Below, piece after piece: positions 30,025 through 39,005 of a stretch of DNA of 64,000 nt. A program made the translations under genes and the position numbers. The stretch is from contig CAVRPP010000010.1 of assembly GCA_963723165.1 (NCBI GenBank), positions 128,882 to 192,881 of the forward strand, in the 5' to 3' direction. The stretch is from an uncultured Actinomycetota bacterium (GTDB taxonomy: Bacteria > Actinomycetota > Acidimicrobiia > Spongiisociales > UBA4744). Positions within the stretch are counted from its first letter, which is position 1. Each line of letters begins with the position of its first letter. The notes under the pieces are model-generated. The model saw nothing but the letters and a program-made list of their open reading frames with translations, searched no databases and had not been told where the DNA came from.

Positions 30025-30876
30025 ATGACCTATTCGATTGTTGCTTGGGATCCGTTTGCCGGACCGGAGTGGGGGGTGGCGGTCGCCTCGAAGTTCCTGG
30101 CGGTTGGAGCTCTGGTCCCCGCTGCCAGACCTGGGGCGGGAGCGGTCGCCACCCAGGCCCTGACGAACGTCGCATACGGCCCGAACGGGATCGAGCACTT
30201 GACCGGCGGGCTGGACGCTGCCTCTACGTTGGAGGTGCTGCTCTCAGCCGATGAACTTCGCTCTCAGCGTCAGGTCGGCATCGTGGATTCCCAGGGTGAG
30301 ACCGCGACATACACCGGTGATCACTGCATGGAGTGGGCCGGTGGAAGGACCGGCCTGGGCTACGCCTGTCAGGGCAATATTCTGACCGGTCCCGAAGTCA
30401 TCGACGGAGTGGCCGGGGCCTTTGAAGCCACGCAGGGGAGCCTGGCGCGACGTTTGCTCACCGCCTTGGCCGCGGGCGAGGATGCCGGTGGTGACCGTCG
30501 CGGCCGTCAATCGGCCGCCATTCTGGTGGTGCGGGCGGGCGGGGGTTATGCAGGCGCCTCGGACGTCTCGGTCGATCTGCGGGTCGATGATCATGCCGAA
30601 CCGGTTTCAGAGTTGGATCGTCTCCTGACCATTCATGAGTTGTTGTTCCCCAACCCCATCTCGCTCGACTGGGTAGAGATATCGGCTCCCCTGCCTGCCA
30701 AGATCAGGCGGGCGCTCATCGCCCGTGGCCTCGATACCGGCAAAGGCAAGGGATACAGTGACGATCTGCGCAGGGCCCTGTACGGATGGGTAGCCATGGA
30801 GAACCTCGAGGAACGATGGTCGGACGAGGCGAAGATAGATAGGACGGTCCTCGAACTGCTCCTGGCCGTGGACTGA
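30025..30876 (+). CDS. DUF1028-family (Ntn-hydrolase-like) protein with C-terminal peptidoglycan-binding-like domain
   Basis: 'MTYSIVAWDP...GDHCMEWAGG' is typical of DUF1028; ATG at 30025. Confidence 0.65.
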   Translation: MTYSIVAWDPFAGPEWGVAVASKFLAVGALVPAARPGAGAVATQALTNVAYGPNGIEHLTGGLDAASTLEVLLSADELRSQRQVGIVDSQGETATYTGDHCMEWAGGRTGLGYACQGNILTGPEVIDGVAGAFEATQGSLARRLLTALAAGEDAGGDRRGRQSAAILVVRAGGGYAGASDVSVDLRVDDHAEPVSELDRLLTIHELLFPNPISLDWVEISAPLPAKIRRALIARGLDTGKGKGYSDDLRRALYGWVAMENLEERWSDEAKIDRTVLELLLAVD

Positions 30877-30950
30877 CCTCCCCAAACATCGGACTTTTTC
30901 CGACGATTCCGGGAGTCGTTGCCTATGCTCACTGCCCCGGGAGGTAAAAG

Positions 30951-33293
30951 ATGATCAATGTGGCCCTGCTCGGCCGTTCGCATCAGCTTGAAGGTCTGGC
31001 GCGGGCTATTGACACCGTCACGGAGGGGGGCGTTGCGGTGCTCTCCCTGGTCGGCGTGGCGGGGTCTGGCCGAACTGCTCTGCTTGATGCCTCGGAAGAA
31101 CGGCTCCGAGCAGCCGGGATCGAGACCCGTCGAACAGCTTTGTTCCCGGCCGGCTCTACCAATGCCGGAGGTTTGGCCTCTGCACTAGACGTCTCGCCCG
31201 AGGAGACGCCGGCCGGGCAGCTGGCTCTTCTCATTTCGGACGCACAATGGGCCGATGGGACCTCATTGGCAATACTGCAAGGCTTGCTGGCCCGGGCCAC
31301 GGCCGGGTTGCTGGTGGTGGTATCGCACACGGAGATCACCGGCTATCGCGAACTGGCGTTTCAGCAGCTCACCAATTCTGCGGCCCGCCTGGGGTCATAT
31401 CAGCAATACAAGCTCGAACCGCTGACCTTCGACGACATCCTTCCCGTTGTTGCCACCGAGGAAGTTGCTCGCATTCTCGTGGACCGGACCGACGGACTTG
31501 CTCAAGATCTGATCGATCTGGTCGACCAGTGGATCTCCGAAGGAACCCTCGCGTGGGTTGGAGACAAACTGGCCGCTTCCGGTCCGCCACCGCAAGCCAT
31601 CGGCGTCTGGGACCGGGTCTCGGATCTCGATCGGCCTGCTCGCAAGCTCGTGGAAGCCGTGAGCCTGGCTGCCAAGCCGGTGTCGCTTCCTCTGGCCGCG
31701 TCGTTGCTGGCCATGCCGGACGACGACGTGTTGGAACTTGGTGAGGGTCTGGCTGGTCGGGGTTTGCTGCGCGAATCACTTGAAGGCTTCGTGCCCGTCA
31801 ATGCCGCTGCGGCGGAGCGGGTTGCCGATCGCATGGGTGACGTACGCCGGGCCCGGGCGTTCGGCGAACTGGCAGACGCCAAGACCGCTCTCGGTCTCGA
31901 CGAACGCGAACCGGCCATTGTCGGCGGCTACTACCTGGCGGCCGCCCGTTGGGACGAGGCCCTCCGGCTGTTGTCCGTGGCCGGACTAGCTGCCGCCGAC
32001 CGGCAAGCATTCGGAGAGACTCTGCCGATCGTACAGGGGGCATTGCAGGCCTGCGAGGCTTCCGGGTCCGACGATGCGCAACTGGAGGGCCGACTGCGGC
32101 TGGCACGCGGCCAGTGCTACCAGGCTGCTGTGTGGCTGGATCTGGCCCTCCAGGACGCAGATCAAGCTGCCCTGCTGTTGGAGGGGCCCCGGAAGGTCGA
32201 TGCCCTCGGCTATGCCGCCTCAGTAGCACTGGATCTTCAGCGATCCCAGGTGGCCGAGAGCTACGCAGCTGCAGGACTCTATGAAGCTCTCGTTCTCGAG
32301 GAACCGGCCAAGCATGGTTCCCTCCTGACACTTCATGCGCGAATCATCAACCGGATGGGCTTCGGCGTTGAAGCAGATGCAGAGTATGAGAAGGGCCTGG
32401 AGATTGTTCGCAGCGTGGGAACTCCGATGCAACTCCACTGGGCTCACGTCAACGGAGCATGGATCGTCTTTGATCGTGGTCAGGCTCGCCGGGCCGAGGT
32501 CCAGTTCGAGGAAGTGACGGATGAAGCCGAGCGTCTCGGAGGGCTGTCATGGCGAAGCGATCGAGAGGCCCAATGGTCGCGGGCGCTGTTCATGCGCGGC
32601 CGGATCACCGAGGGTCTGGCGGCCCGCCGGCGGGCTATGAAGGAAGCCGATGTCTCCGGTCTGCCCATCACGCACATCCCGCACATGAGTCTCGCCGAGG
32701 GCATGATCGAGATTCACCGGTATGAGGACGCTTTGGAGGCAGCCGACGACATGCTGGCGGTGGCAGTCCAGAAGCGGCTCGGTTGGGAAAACGCGGCCCG
32801 CTACCTGCGGGCGAAGGCGCTCAGCGGGCTGGGTCGGTTGGCCGAAGCAGCCGAGGAGGTCCAGAACGCCATCGACACAACCCCAGGGGGTATCGATGGC
32901 TGGCGCTGGCGTCTGAAGATCCGGGTGCTCCAGATGACTCTGGACGGGGCTCGCGAGGTGCCGTGGCCGGAGGAGGAAGCCCTCACCCTCACCGACGAAC
33001 TGCTCAACAACAAGTGGTACTTGACGGCGGCGCAGCTTCTGACCGCCCGGGCACGATATGAGAAGGACCCGAGATCGGCTGAAGAAGCAGCGGCCTTGGC
33101 CGTACAGCTCGGAGTGCCGGCACTGGGTGCAGAAGCTTTGGAGGCGGGTGACCTGTGGCAAGAAGCCTGCCGGTGCCGCCGTCATCGCTGCCGTCAAGGA
33201 GATGGCCCACCACATCCCCGAAGAATGGCAGGAGGAGTGGAGCGCTCTTCCCGCGATCGCTCCGGCCCTGGCCGCTCCCGACGTGGCGGATGA
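30951..33293 (+). CDS. AAA_16-type P-loop ATPase with TPR-like helical repeats (LAL/MalT-like N-terminus, no HTH). Probably the N-terminal part of a frameshifted fusion with the next ORF
   Basis: Walker A 'GVAGSGRTALL'; good RBS GGGAGGTAAAAG; the last ~45 codons in this frame are Arg-rich junk while the +1 frame becomes protein-like near 33160. Confidence 0.6.
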   Translation: MINVALLGRSHQLEGLARAIDTVTEGGVAVLSLVGVAGSGRTALLDASEERLRAAGIETRRTALFPAGSTNAGGLASALDVSPEETPAGQLALLISDAQWADGTSLAILQGLLARATAGLLVVVSHTEITGYRELAFQQLTNSAARLGSYQQYKLEPLTFDDILPVVATEEVARILVDRTDGLAQDLIDLVDQWISEGTLAWVGDKLAASGPPPQAIGVWDRVSDLDRPARKLVEAVSLAAKPVSLPLAASLLAMPDDDVLELGEGLAGRGLLRESLEGFVPVNAAAAERVADRMGDVRRARAFGELADAKTALGLDEREPAIVGGYYLAAARWDEALRLLSVAGLAAADRQAFGETLPIVQGALQACEASGSDDAQLEGRLRLARGQCYQAAVWLDLALQDADQAALLLEGPRKVDALGYAASVALDLQRSQVAESYAAAGLYEALVLEEPAKHGSLLTLHARIINRMGFGVEADAEYEKGLEIVRSVGTPMQLHWAHVNGAWIVFDRGQARRAEVQFEEVTDEAERLGGLSWRSDREAQWSRALFMRGRITEGLAARRRAMKEADVSGLPITHIPHMSLAEGMIEIHRYEDALEAADDMLAVAVQKRLGWENAARYLRAKALSGLGRLAEAAEEVQNAIDTTPGGIDGWRWRLKIRVLQMTLDGAREVPWPEEEALTLTDELLNNKWYLTAAQLLTARARYEKDPRSAEEAAALAVQLGVPALGAEALEAGDLWQEACRCRRHRCRQGDGPPHPRRMAGGVERSSRDRSGPGRSRRGG

Positions 33294-34812
33294 AGCCTAC
33301 GAAGCCGCAGTAGCCGAACTGGAAGGCGAACTCGAAGAGTCCCTGACAGCGGCCGGGTTCGGCTCGGTCGACACCCTGCTCAGCCCGGCGCAACGGCGGG
33401 CCGGGGGATTGCGCCGGAGACCGCGGCGACGGCCCCTCTGGCAGCTGGCGGCCGCCGGTCTGGGTGGAGCCGCCGTGCTGGCGGTTGGCGGGATCCTGGC
33501 AGTCAACCTGTTCGGGCCGGACGAGGTGACTACGACAACGGCAGCGCCGACGACGACCGCCCCGACTTCGACGACGACCACCCTGCCGCCTGAGCCCGGG
33601 GAGACCCCGCTGGGAATCCCGAAGAAGACGGATCGGGTGGCCGGTCAGTGGAGTTTCCGGGCGGATATCGGTGCGGAGGGCGCGACCGGTTTGCCGGGTG
33701 TGTCATCACGTTCGATGTTGCCGTCGGCGGATGGTTTCTATTGGCAAGGTGAGGCCAACGATCAGATTCGTTCGTCGCCGGCGATCTTTGGTGAGACGGT
33801 GATGTTCGGGTCGGACGACGGGAGTTTGTACGGGTACGTGGTCACATCCGACCCGCCGTTGTTGTGGAACGTTCCGACCGGGGGTGCGGTGGTGGGGGCG
33901 CCGATCGTGGCAGAGGTGACTGCTCCGGGGGCGGGTCCGGGTTCGACCGATACGGATATGCGGGTGTTCTTCGGGTCTTTGGATGGGCGGTTCCGGTCAC
34001 GCGACGCGTTCCAGGCGAGTGCCACCACGTCGACGTTCCCTGTGTTGGCCGACCCGCCCTTGGCGGGTATCTCGGCGGCGGCATTGGTCATGGATGATCG
34101 AGTGTTCTTTGGGACCGAAGATGGGCAGGTGTATGCGCTCGACGCCGGTGAGCTGGAGGTGCCCGTCTGGGATGCCCCGTTCGACGCTCAGAGCAAGGTG
34201 ACGGTGGCTCCGGTCGGCTTGGACGGGTTCGTGTATGTGGGAACCGAGGCGGGGGTGTTGTGGAAGATCGACGCTGAGTTGGGGACCGGCGAGGTTTGCT
34301 ATCCGGGGGGTGGTGTGTCGATCACGTCGGAGCCGGTGATTGCGGATGGGATCATTTACATCCCGATCCGGGACAGCCAGTCGATCGATGCTCGCCGGGC
34401 GGGTTCGTGCGGTCCGGCTCCTTCGATCACTTTGTCGGCTCCGGTCGAGTCTTCACCGGCTGTAGACGGTGACATCCTCTACACCGGGAACGGCAGGTAC
34501 CTGGAGGCGCGTGACCTCGCTACCTCGCAGACCCTGTGGACCTTCCCTGGGGCCGACGGGCAGGTGGGTGGTCTGCCCGGCGTGGTCCGCTGGCCGGTGG
34601 TCGTCAAAGGTGGTATCTACTTCACCAGTGACGACGGGTGGTTGTGGGCGGTCGATAAGGACGGTCAGGAATTGTGGAGCTACAACCTGGGAGCCAGGTC
34701 GACTACCTCCCCGGCGCCCGGTACCGGCGTGGTGTTCGTCACCGACCTGAGCGGCACTCTGCACGCTATCGGTTGTGACAGTCTGCCCGACTGCGCTCAG
34801 CCCGATTCCTAA
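33199..34812 (+). CDS. membrane-anchored PQQ-like beta-propeller repeat protein (BamB-like). Start uncertain: the ORF opens at 33058 and may be continuous with the upstream ATPase after a +1 shift
   Basis: TM 'WQLAAAGLGGAAVLAVGGILAV', Thr/Pro linker, repeated 'DG.VY..D..G...W' propeller blades. Confidence 0.6.
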   Translation, partial: EMAHHIPEEWQEEWSALPAIAPALAAPDVADEAYEAAVAELEGELEESLTAAGFGSVDTLLSPAQRRAGGLRRRPRRRPLWQLAAAGLGGAAVLAVGGILAVNLFGPDEVTTTTAAPTTTAPTSTTTTLPPEPGETPLGIPKKTDRVAGQWSFRADIGAEGATGLPGVSSRSMLPSADGFYWQGEANDQIRSSPAIFGETVMFGSDDGSLYGYVVTSDPPLLWNVPTGGAVVGAPIVAEVTAPGAGPGSTDTDMRVFFGSLDGRFRSRDAFQASATTSTFPVLADPPLAGISAAALVMDDRVFFGTEDGQVYALDAGELEVPVWDAPFDAQSKVTVAPVGLDGFVYVGTEAGVLWKIDAELGTGEVCYPGGGVSITSEPVIADGIIYIPIRDSQSIDARRAGSCGPAPSITLSAPVESSPAVDGDILYTGNGRYLEARDLATSQTLWTFPGADGQVGGLPGVVRWPVVVKGGIYFTSDDGWLWAVDKDGQELWSYNLGARSTTSPAPGTGVVFVTDLSGTLHAIGCDSLPDCAQPDS

Positions 34813-35243
34813 CGCCGGGCCAGCGCCTCGTCGGCCTTGCGGATTCTGCCTGCAAGGTCGGCCAGCATCGAGAGGGCGATCTCCGGGTGGGCCAGAATCA
34901 AGCCGCGGAAGTCCCAGCGAGTGAGCTGGAGAGCGCGGACATCGTCGATCGCGATGACGTCGGCGGACCGCGGCGTCGAGTGGTCGGACACGAGGGCCAT
35001 CTCCCCGAAATAGTCTCCCGCCCCGAGGGTTGCCAGCGTAACGGGCCCTCTCCGCACCTCGACGCTGCCGGACAGAATGATCCAGAAGCCGGCCGCGCCG
35101 GTGTCGCCTTGTCTCACGATCACCTCACCATCAGCGAAGCTGCGCTCGTTCGCTTCACGGGCGACGGTGTCTATCTGGCTGTCATCCAGGCTGGCGAACA
35201 GTGAGACCTGCTTCAAGGCGCTTTCGGCATCGGGTGCGGCCAT
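34809..35243 (-). CDS. stand-alone cyclic-nucleotide-binding domain protein
   Basis: 'GEVIVRQGD..FWIILSGSVEV...GAGDYFGEMAL' cNMP-binding signature; no DNA-binding domain. Confidence 0.8.
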   Translation of the reverse strand: MAAPDAESALKQVSLFASLDDSQIDTVAREANERSFADGEVIVRQGDTGAAGFWIILSGSVEVRRGPVTLATLGAGDYFGEMALVSDHSTPRSADVIAIDDVRALQLTRWDFRGLILAHPEIALSMLADLAGRIRKADEALARR

Positions 35244-35361
35244 GGTGTTCCCTCCAGGTTTGCTGCTAAAACCCTACCGGAGTGTGGTCCGTCCGGCGCT
35301 CTTGTCGTTCTGGCGTCGATTTCGGAGCGCAAGTGTCGGTTTTTGACGCCAGAACGGGTTG

Positions 35362-35985
35362 TTATCCGAATCGGTAGCCGACCGAGCGGACGGTGGTGAT
35401 CCAGCTGGCTCGTTCTTCGCCCAGCTTGGATCGCAGGCGCCGGACGTGGACATCCACAGTGCGCGCCCCGCCGAAATAGTCGTAGCCCCACACCTTCGAC
35501 AACAGCTGCTCGCGGCTCCAGACCCTTCCCTGGTTCTCGGTGAAGAAATGCAGCAGCTCATATTCCATGTAGGTCAAGTCAACGGGCCGGCCGTTCACGG
35601 TCGCCTGATAGGTGGCCGTGTTCAGCTCGAGGTCTTTGAACCGTACGACCTCGCCGGCCGGTTCGCTGCCGGAGAGGCGAGTCAGGCGAACTCGCAACTC
35701 AACCGGATCGGCCGGCTTCATGAGGAAATCGGCCGCGAAGTCCGCATCGGCCAGGACGCCGGCCTGGCTCCGGTCGACGACCAGCAGGACATCGATCCCG
35801 AGATCCTCGGCGAGTCCGCGGGCTCGTCGGAGCGTTGCGGCCGGTTCGGAACCGACTTCGAAAACGGCGACCGCCCACTCACCGGCTACCGGTTGCTCGG
35901 GCAGCGGAGTCGTTTCGGCGCCCGCCAGCAGCATGGCTTCGGCCAGCCCGTTCGAGAGCTCGGAGGGGTGTATGGCGACCAGCAT
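35362..35985 (-). CDS. OmpR/PhoB-type winged-helix response regulator with atypical receiver (GlnR-like orphan)
   Basis: C-terminal 'LTYMEYELLHFF...VWGYDYFGGARTVDVHVRRLRSKL' trans_reg_C domain; receiver lacks the acidic pair and has Glu at the expected phospho-Asp position; start overlaps the glnA2 stop by 1 nt. Confidence 0.65.
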   Translation of the reverse strand: MLVAIHPSELSNGLAEAMLLAGAETTPLPEQPVAGEWAVAVFEVGSEPAATLRRARGLAEDLGIDVLLVVDRSQAGVLADADFAADFLMKPADPVELRVRLTRLSGSEPAGEVVRFKDLELNTATYQATVNGRPVDLTYMEYELLHFFTENQGRVWSREQLLSKVWGYDYFGGARTVDVHVRRLRSKLGEERASWITTVRSVGYRFG

Positions 35986-37310
35986 CAGAGGATGGGGAGG
36001 TATTCCTCGAGCTCGAACTGAGAGACGTGGTGCTGGTAACGGTCCCATTCCTTGCGCTTGTTGCGCAGGAACCAGTCGAACACGTGCTCGCCGAGGGCCT
36101 CGGCCACCAGTTCGGAGTTCTCCATCACGTCGAGCGCTTCTGACAAGGTTTCCGGAAGCCGCTTGATGCCCGCTGCGGCTCGTTCGCTCGACGTCAGGTC
36201 GAAGACGTTTCCCATCATTTCGGGCGGGAGTTCGTAGTTCCTCTCAATGCCCCGCAATCCCGCTGCCAACAACACCGAAAAAGCCAGATACGGGTTGCAC
36301 GCTGCGTCGGGGGATCGGTACTCCAGGCGGGTGCTGGATGGCTTGCCTGCTTTGACGGTTGGGATCCGCACGAGGGCAGACTGGTTGTTGCGGGCCCAGA
36401 AGACGTACACGGGTGCTTCGAAACCGGGCACCAACCGCTTGTACGAGTTGACCCATTGGTTTGTCACAGCGGTGATCTCCCGGGCGTGGGTGGTCAGGCC
36501 GGCGATGAAACTCTGCGCCACTTTTGACAGCCGGTTCTCGCTGCCGGCCTCGTAGAAGGCGTTCTCATCACCCTCAAAAAGAGACAGGTGCATGTGGAAT
36601 CCGCTGCCGTCGTGCTTTTCGAGCGGCTTGGGCATGAACGTTGCATAGATTCCGTGCTCGAGGGCGACTTCTTTGACCGTCAGGCGGAACGTCATTACGT
36701 TGTCTGCCATGGTCAGTGCGTCGGTATAACGCAGGTCGATCTCGTGCTGGCTGGGCGAAACCTCGTGGTGTGAGTACTCCACCGGGATCCCCAGCTGCTC
36801 GAGTGCATTGATGGTGGTTCGCCGGTACTCCTGGGCCACATCGAGCGGAGTCAGGTCGAAGTACCCGCCGCGATCCAGCACTTTTGGTTCCGGCGACGTG
36901 TCTTCGAAGTAGAAGTATTCGAGCTCTGGACCTACGTAGAACTCGTAGCCGAGGTCGGCGGCTCTGCGCAGGTTTCGCTTCAAGACCCAGCGCGGGTCCC
37001 CTTCGAAGGGTTCGCCGTCGGTGGTGAGAATGTCGCAAAACATGCTGGCGACCTGAGTGGACGGCCGCCAGGGCAGGATCTGGAACGTCGAGGGGTCGGG
37101 ACGGGCGATCATGTCGGCTTCCTGGATACGGGCATACCCGTCGATGGCCGATCCGTCGAACGTCATTCCTTCCTCGAAGGCAACTTCGAGTTCGGCCGGG
37201 CTGATCGATACCGACTTCAAGAAACCCTGTACGTCCGTGAACCACAGCCTCACGAATCGGATCCCGCGTTCCTCTACGGTGCGCAGCACGTATTCAGCTT
37301 GTTTGTCCAT
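35985..37310 (-). CDS. glnA: glutamine synthetase (type I, GlnA2-like)
   Basis: 441 aa; GS beta-grasp and catalytic domain motifs 'FDGSAIDGY','HMHLSLF'. Confidence 0.85.
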   Translation of the reverse strand: MDKQAEYVLRTVEERGIRFVRLWFTDVQGFLKSVSISPAELEVAFEEGMTFDGSAIDGYARIQEADMIARPDPSTFQILPWRPSTQVASMFCDILTTDGEPFEGDPRWVLKRNLRRAADLGYEFYVGPELEYFYFEDTSPEPKVLDRGGYFDLTPLDVAQEYRRTTINALEQLGIPVEYSHHEVSPSQHEIDLRYTDALTMADNVMTFRLTVKEVALEHGIYATFMPKPLEKHDGSGFHMHLSLFEGDENAFYEAGSENRLSKVAQSFIAGLTTHAREITAVTNQWVNSYKRLVPGFEAPVYVFWARNNQSALVRIPTVKAGKPSSTRLEYRSPDAACNPYLAFSVLLAAGLRGIERNYELPPEMMGNVFDLTSSERAAAGIKRLPETLSEALDVMENSELVAEALGEHVFDWFLRNKRKEWDRYQHHVSQFELEEYLPIL

Positions 37311-37469
37311 CCCGGTGACTCCTTGCGGTTTTCACCGGCAAAGGTAGCGGAGCCGCCGGCCTCCACCTAACGAGGGGGCCGCCCGAAACACAGCGTTCAC
37401 ATTCCTGCAACCGTCCAGTAATTGCGACCGGGTACAAAGCTCGGAGCACATAACGAAAGAGGAGCAACC

Positions 37470-38891
37470 ATGCCCAAAACACCTGCTGATGTCTTGGAAA
37501 TGCTCGGCGAGGACGTTGAGTTTGTCGACCTCCGGTTTGCGGACCTGCCCGGACAGGTGCAGCACTTCACCATCCCGGCCGGTCAACTCGACCTCGACTC
37601 TTTTGAGGAGGGTTTCGGGTTCGACGGTTCGTCCATCAGAGGATTTCAGGAGATCCAGGAATCGGACATGATTCTCAAACCGGATCCCGACACAGCTCTG
37701 ATCGATCCATTCATGGAACACAAGACCCTGTTGCTGTACTGCTTCGTACACGATCCGATCTCCCATGAGCCTTACAACCGTGACCCCCGCTACGTCGCCA
37801 AGAAGGCCGAGCAGTATCTGCTGGGGACCGGGCTGGCTGATACTTCCTACTGGGGCCCTGAGGCAGAGTTCTACATCTTCGACTCGGCCCGGTTTGCGCA
37901 GAACCAGTATTCGGCGTTCTACGAGGTCGATTCGATTGAGGGAGCCTGGAATTCCGGTGCTGAAGAGGATGGCCGGAACCTCGCATACAAGCCTCGATAC
38001 AAGGAGGGATATTTCCCGGTTCCACCGACCGATCACTTCCAGGACCTCCGCTCGGAGATGTCGGCCGTGCTGGCCAAAGCCGGGATCGAGGTTGAGGTCC
38101 ACCATCACGAAGTGGGCACCGCCGGCCAAGCCGAGATCGACATCCGGTACACCACCTTGCTGCGGCAAGCCGACAACGTCACCTTGTTCAAGTACATCGT
38201 CAAGAACGTGGCCTGGCAGTACGGGAAGACCGTGACCTTCATGCCGAAACCCATTTTCGAGGACAACGGGTCCGGCATGCATACCCACCAGAGTCTTTGG
38301 AAGGGTGGCGTCCCGCTGTTCTACGACGAGACCGGCTACGCCGGCCTGTCGGATATGGCTCGCTGGTATATCGGCGGGTTGCTCAAGCATGCCCGCGCCG
38401 TGCTGGCTTTCGCGGCACCCACCACTAACTCATATCGCCGCTTGGTGCCCGGCTACGAAGCGCCGGTCAACCTGGTCTATAGCCAGCGCAACCGGTCGGC
38501 CGCAGTCCGGATCCCCCTGTACTCGCAGAAACCCGCCCTCAAGCGGCTCGAGTTCCGCTGTCCGGATCCGGCCGCCAATGCCTACCTGGCTTTCTCCGCC
38601 ATGCTGATGGCCGGTTTGGACGGAATCGAGAACCAGATCGAACCGCCCCCGCCGGTCGACAAGGACATCTACGACCTGCCCCCCGAAGAGTTGAAGAATC
38701 TGCCATCGGTGCCGGCCAGCCTCGAAGAAGCCCTGGACGCGCTCGAAGCCGACCACGACTTCCTCTTGAAGGGCGACGTGTTCACCCCCGACCTGATCGA
38801 GGCATGGCTGGACTACAAGCGCAGCTCCGAAGTAGACGCCATGCGGCTGCGTCCCCACCCGTACGAGTTCTACATGTATTACGACATCTAG
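37470..38891 (+). CDS. glnA: glutamine synthetase type I (GlnA1-like)
   Basis: 473 aa; 'FDGSSIRGF','[10 protein letters not shown]', adenylylation-loop region; RBS GAAAGAGGAG. Confidence 0.9.
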   Translation: MPKTPADVLEMLGEDVEFVDLRFADLPGQVQHFTIPAGQLDLDSFEEGFGFDGSSIRGFQEIQESDMILKPDPDTALIDPFMEHKTLLLYCFVHDPISHEPYNRDPRYVAKKAEQYLLGTGLADTSYWGPEAEFYIFDSARFAQNQYSAFYEVDSIEGAWNSGAEEDGRNLAYKPRYKEGYFPVPPTDHFQDLRSEMSAVLAKAGIEVEVHHHEVGTAGQAEIDIRYTTLLRQADNVTLFKYIVKNVAWQYGKTVTFMPKPIFEDNGSGMHTHQSLWKGGVPLFYDETGYAGLSDMARWYIGGLLKHARAVLAFAAPTTNSYRRLVPGYEAPVNLVYSQRNRSAAVRIPLYSQKPALKRLEFRCPDPAANAYLAFSAMLMAGLDGIENQIEPPPPVDKDIYDLPPEELKNLPSVPASLEEALDALEADHDFLLKGDVFTPDLIEAWLDYKRSSEVDAMRLRPHPYEFYMYYDI

Positions 38892-39005
38892 GGGTACCTG
38901 CTCTCCCGCTGATGGCCGGCCGGCATTTCGGAAGACGGGGACGAGCAACCTCGCTCTCTGCCCGTCCGGGCTCAAGAGAGAGGTTCTGGCAACCGACAAT
39001 TACCT

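Noticed and set aside
33058-33198. The first 47 codons of ORF 33058-34812 as a genuine N-terminus
   Set aside because: Sequence 'MRRTRDRLKKQRPWPYSSECRHW' is the out-of-frame shadow of the well-conserved TPR region of the upstream gene. Real coding in this frame begins around 33157.
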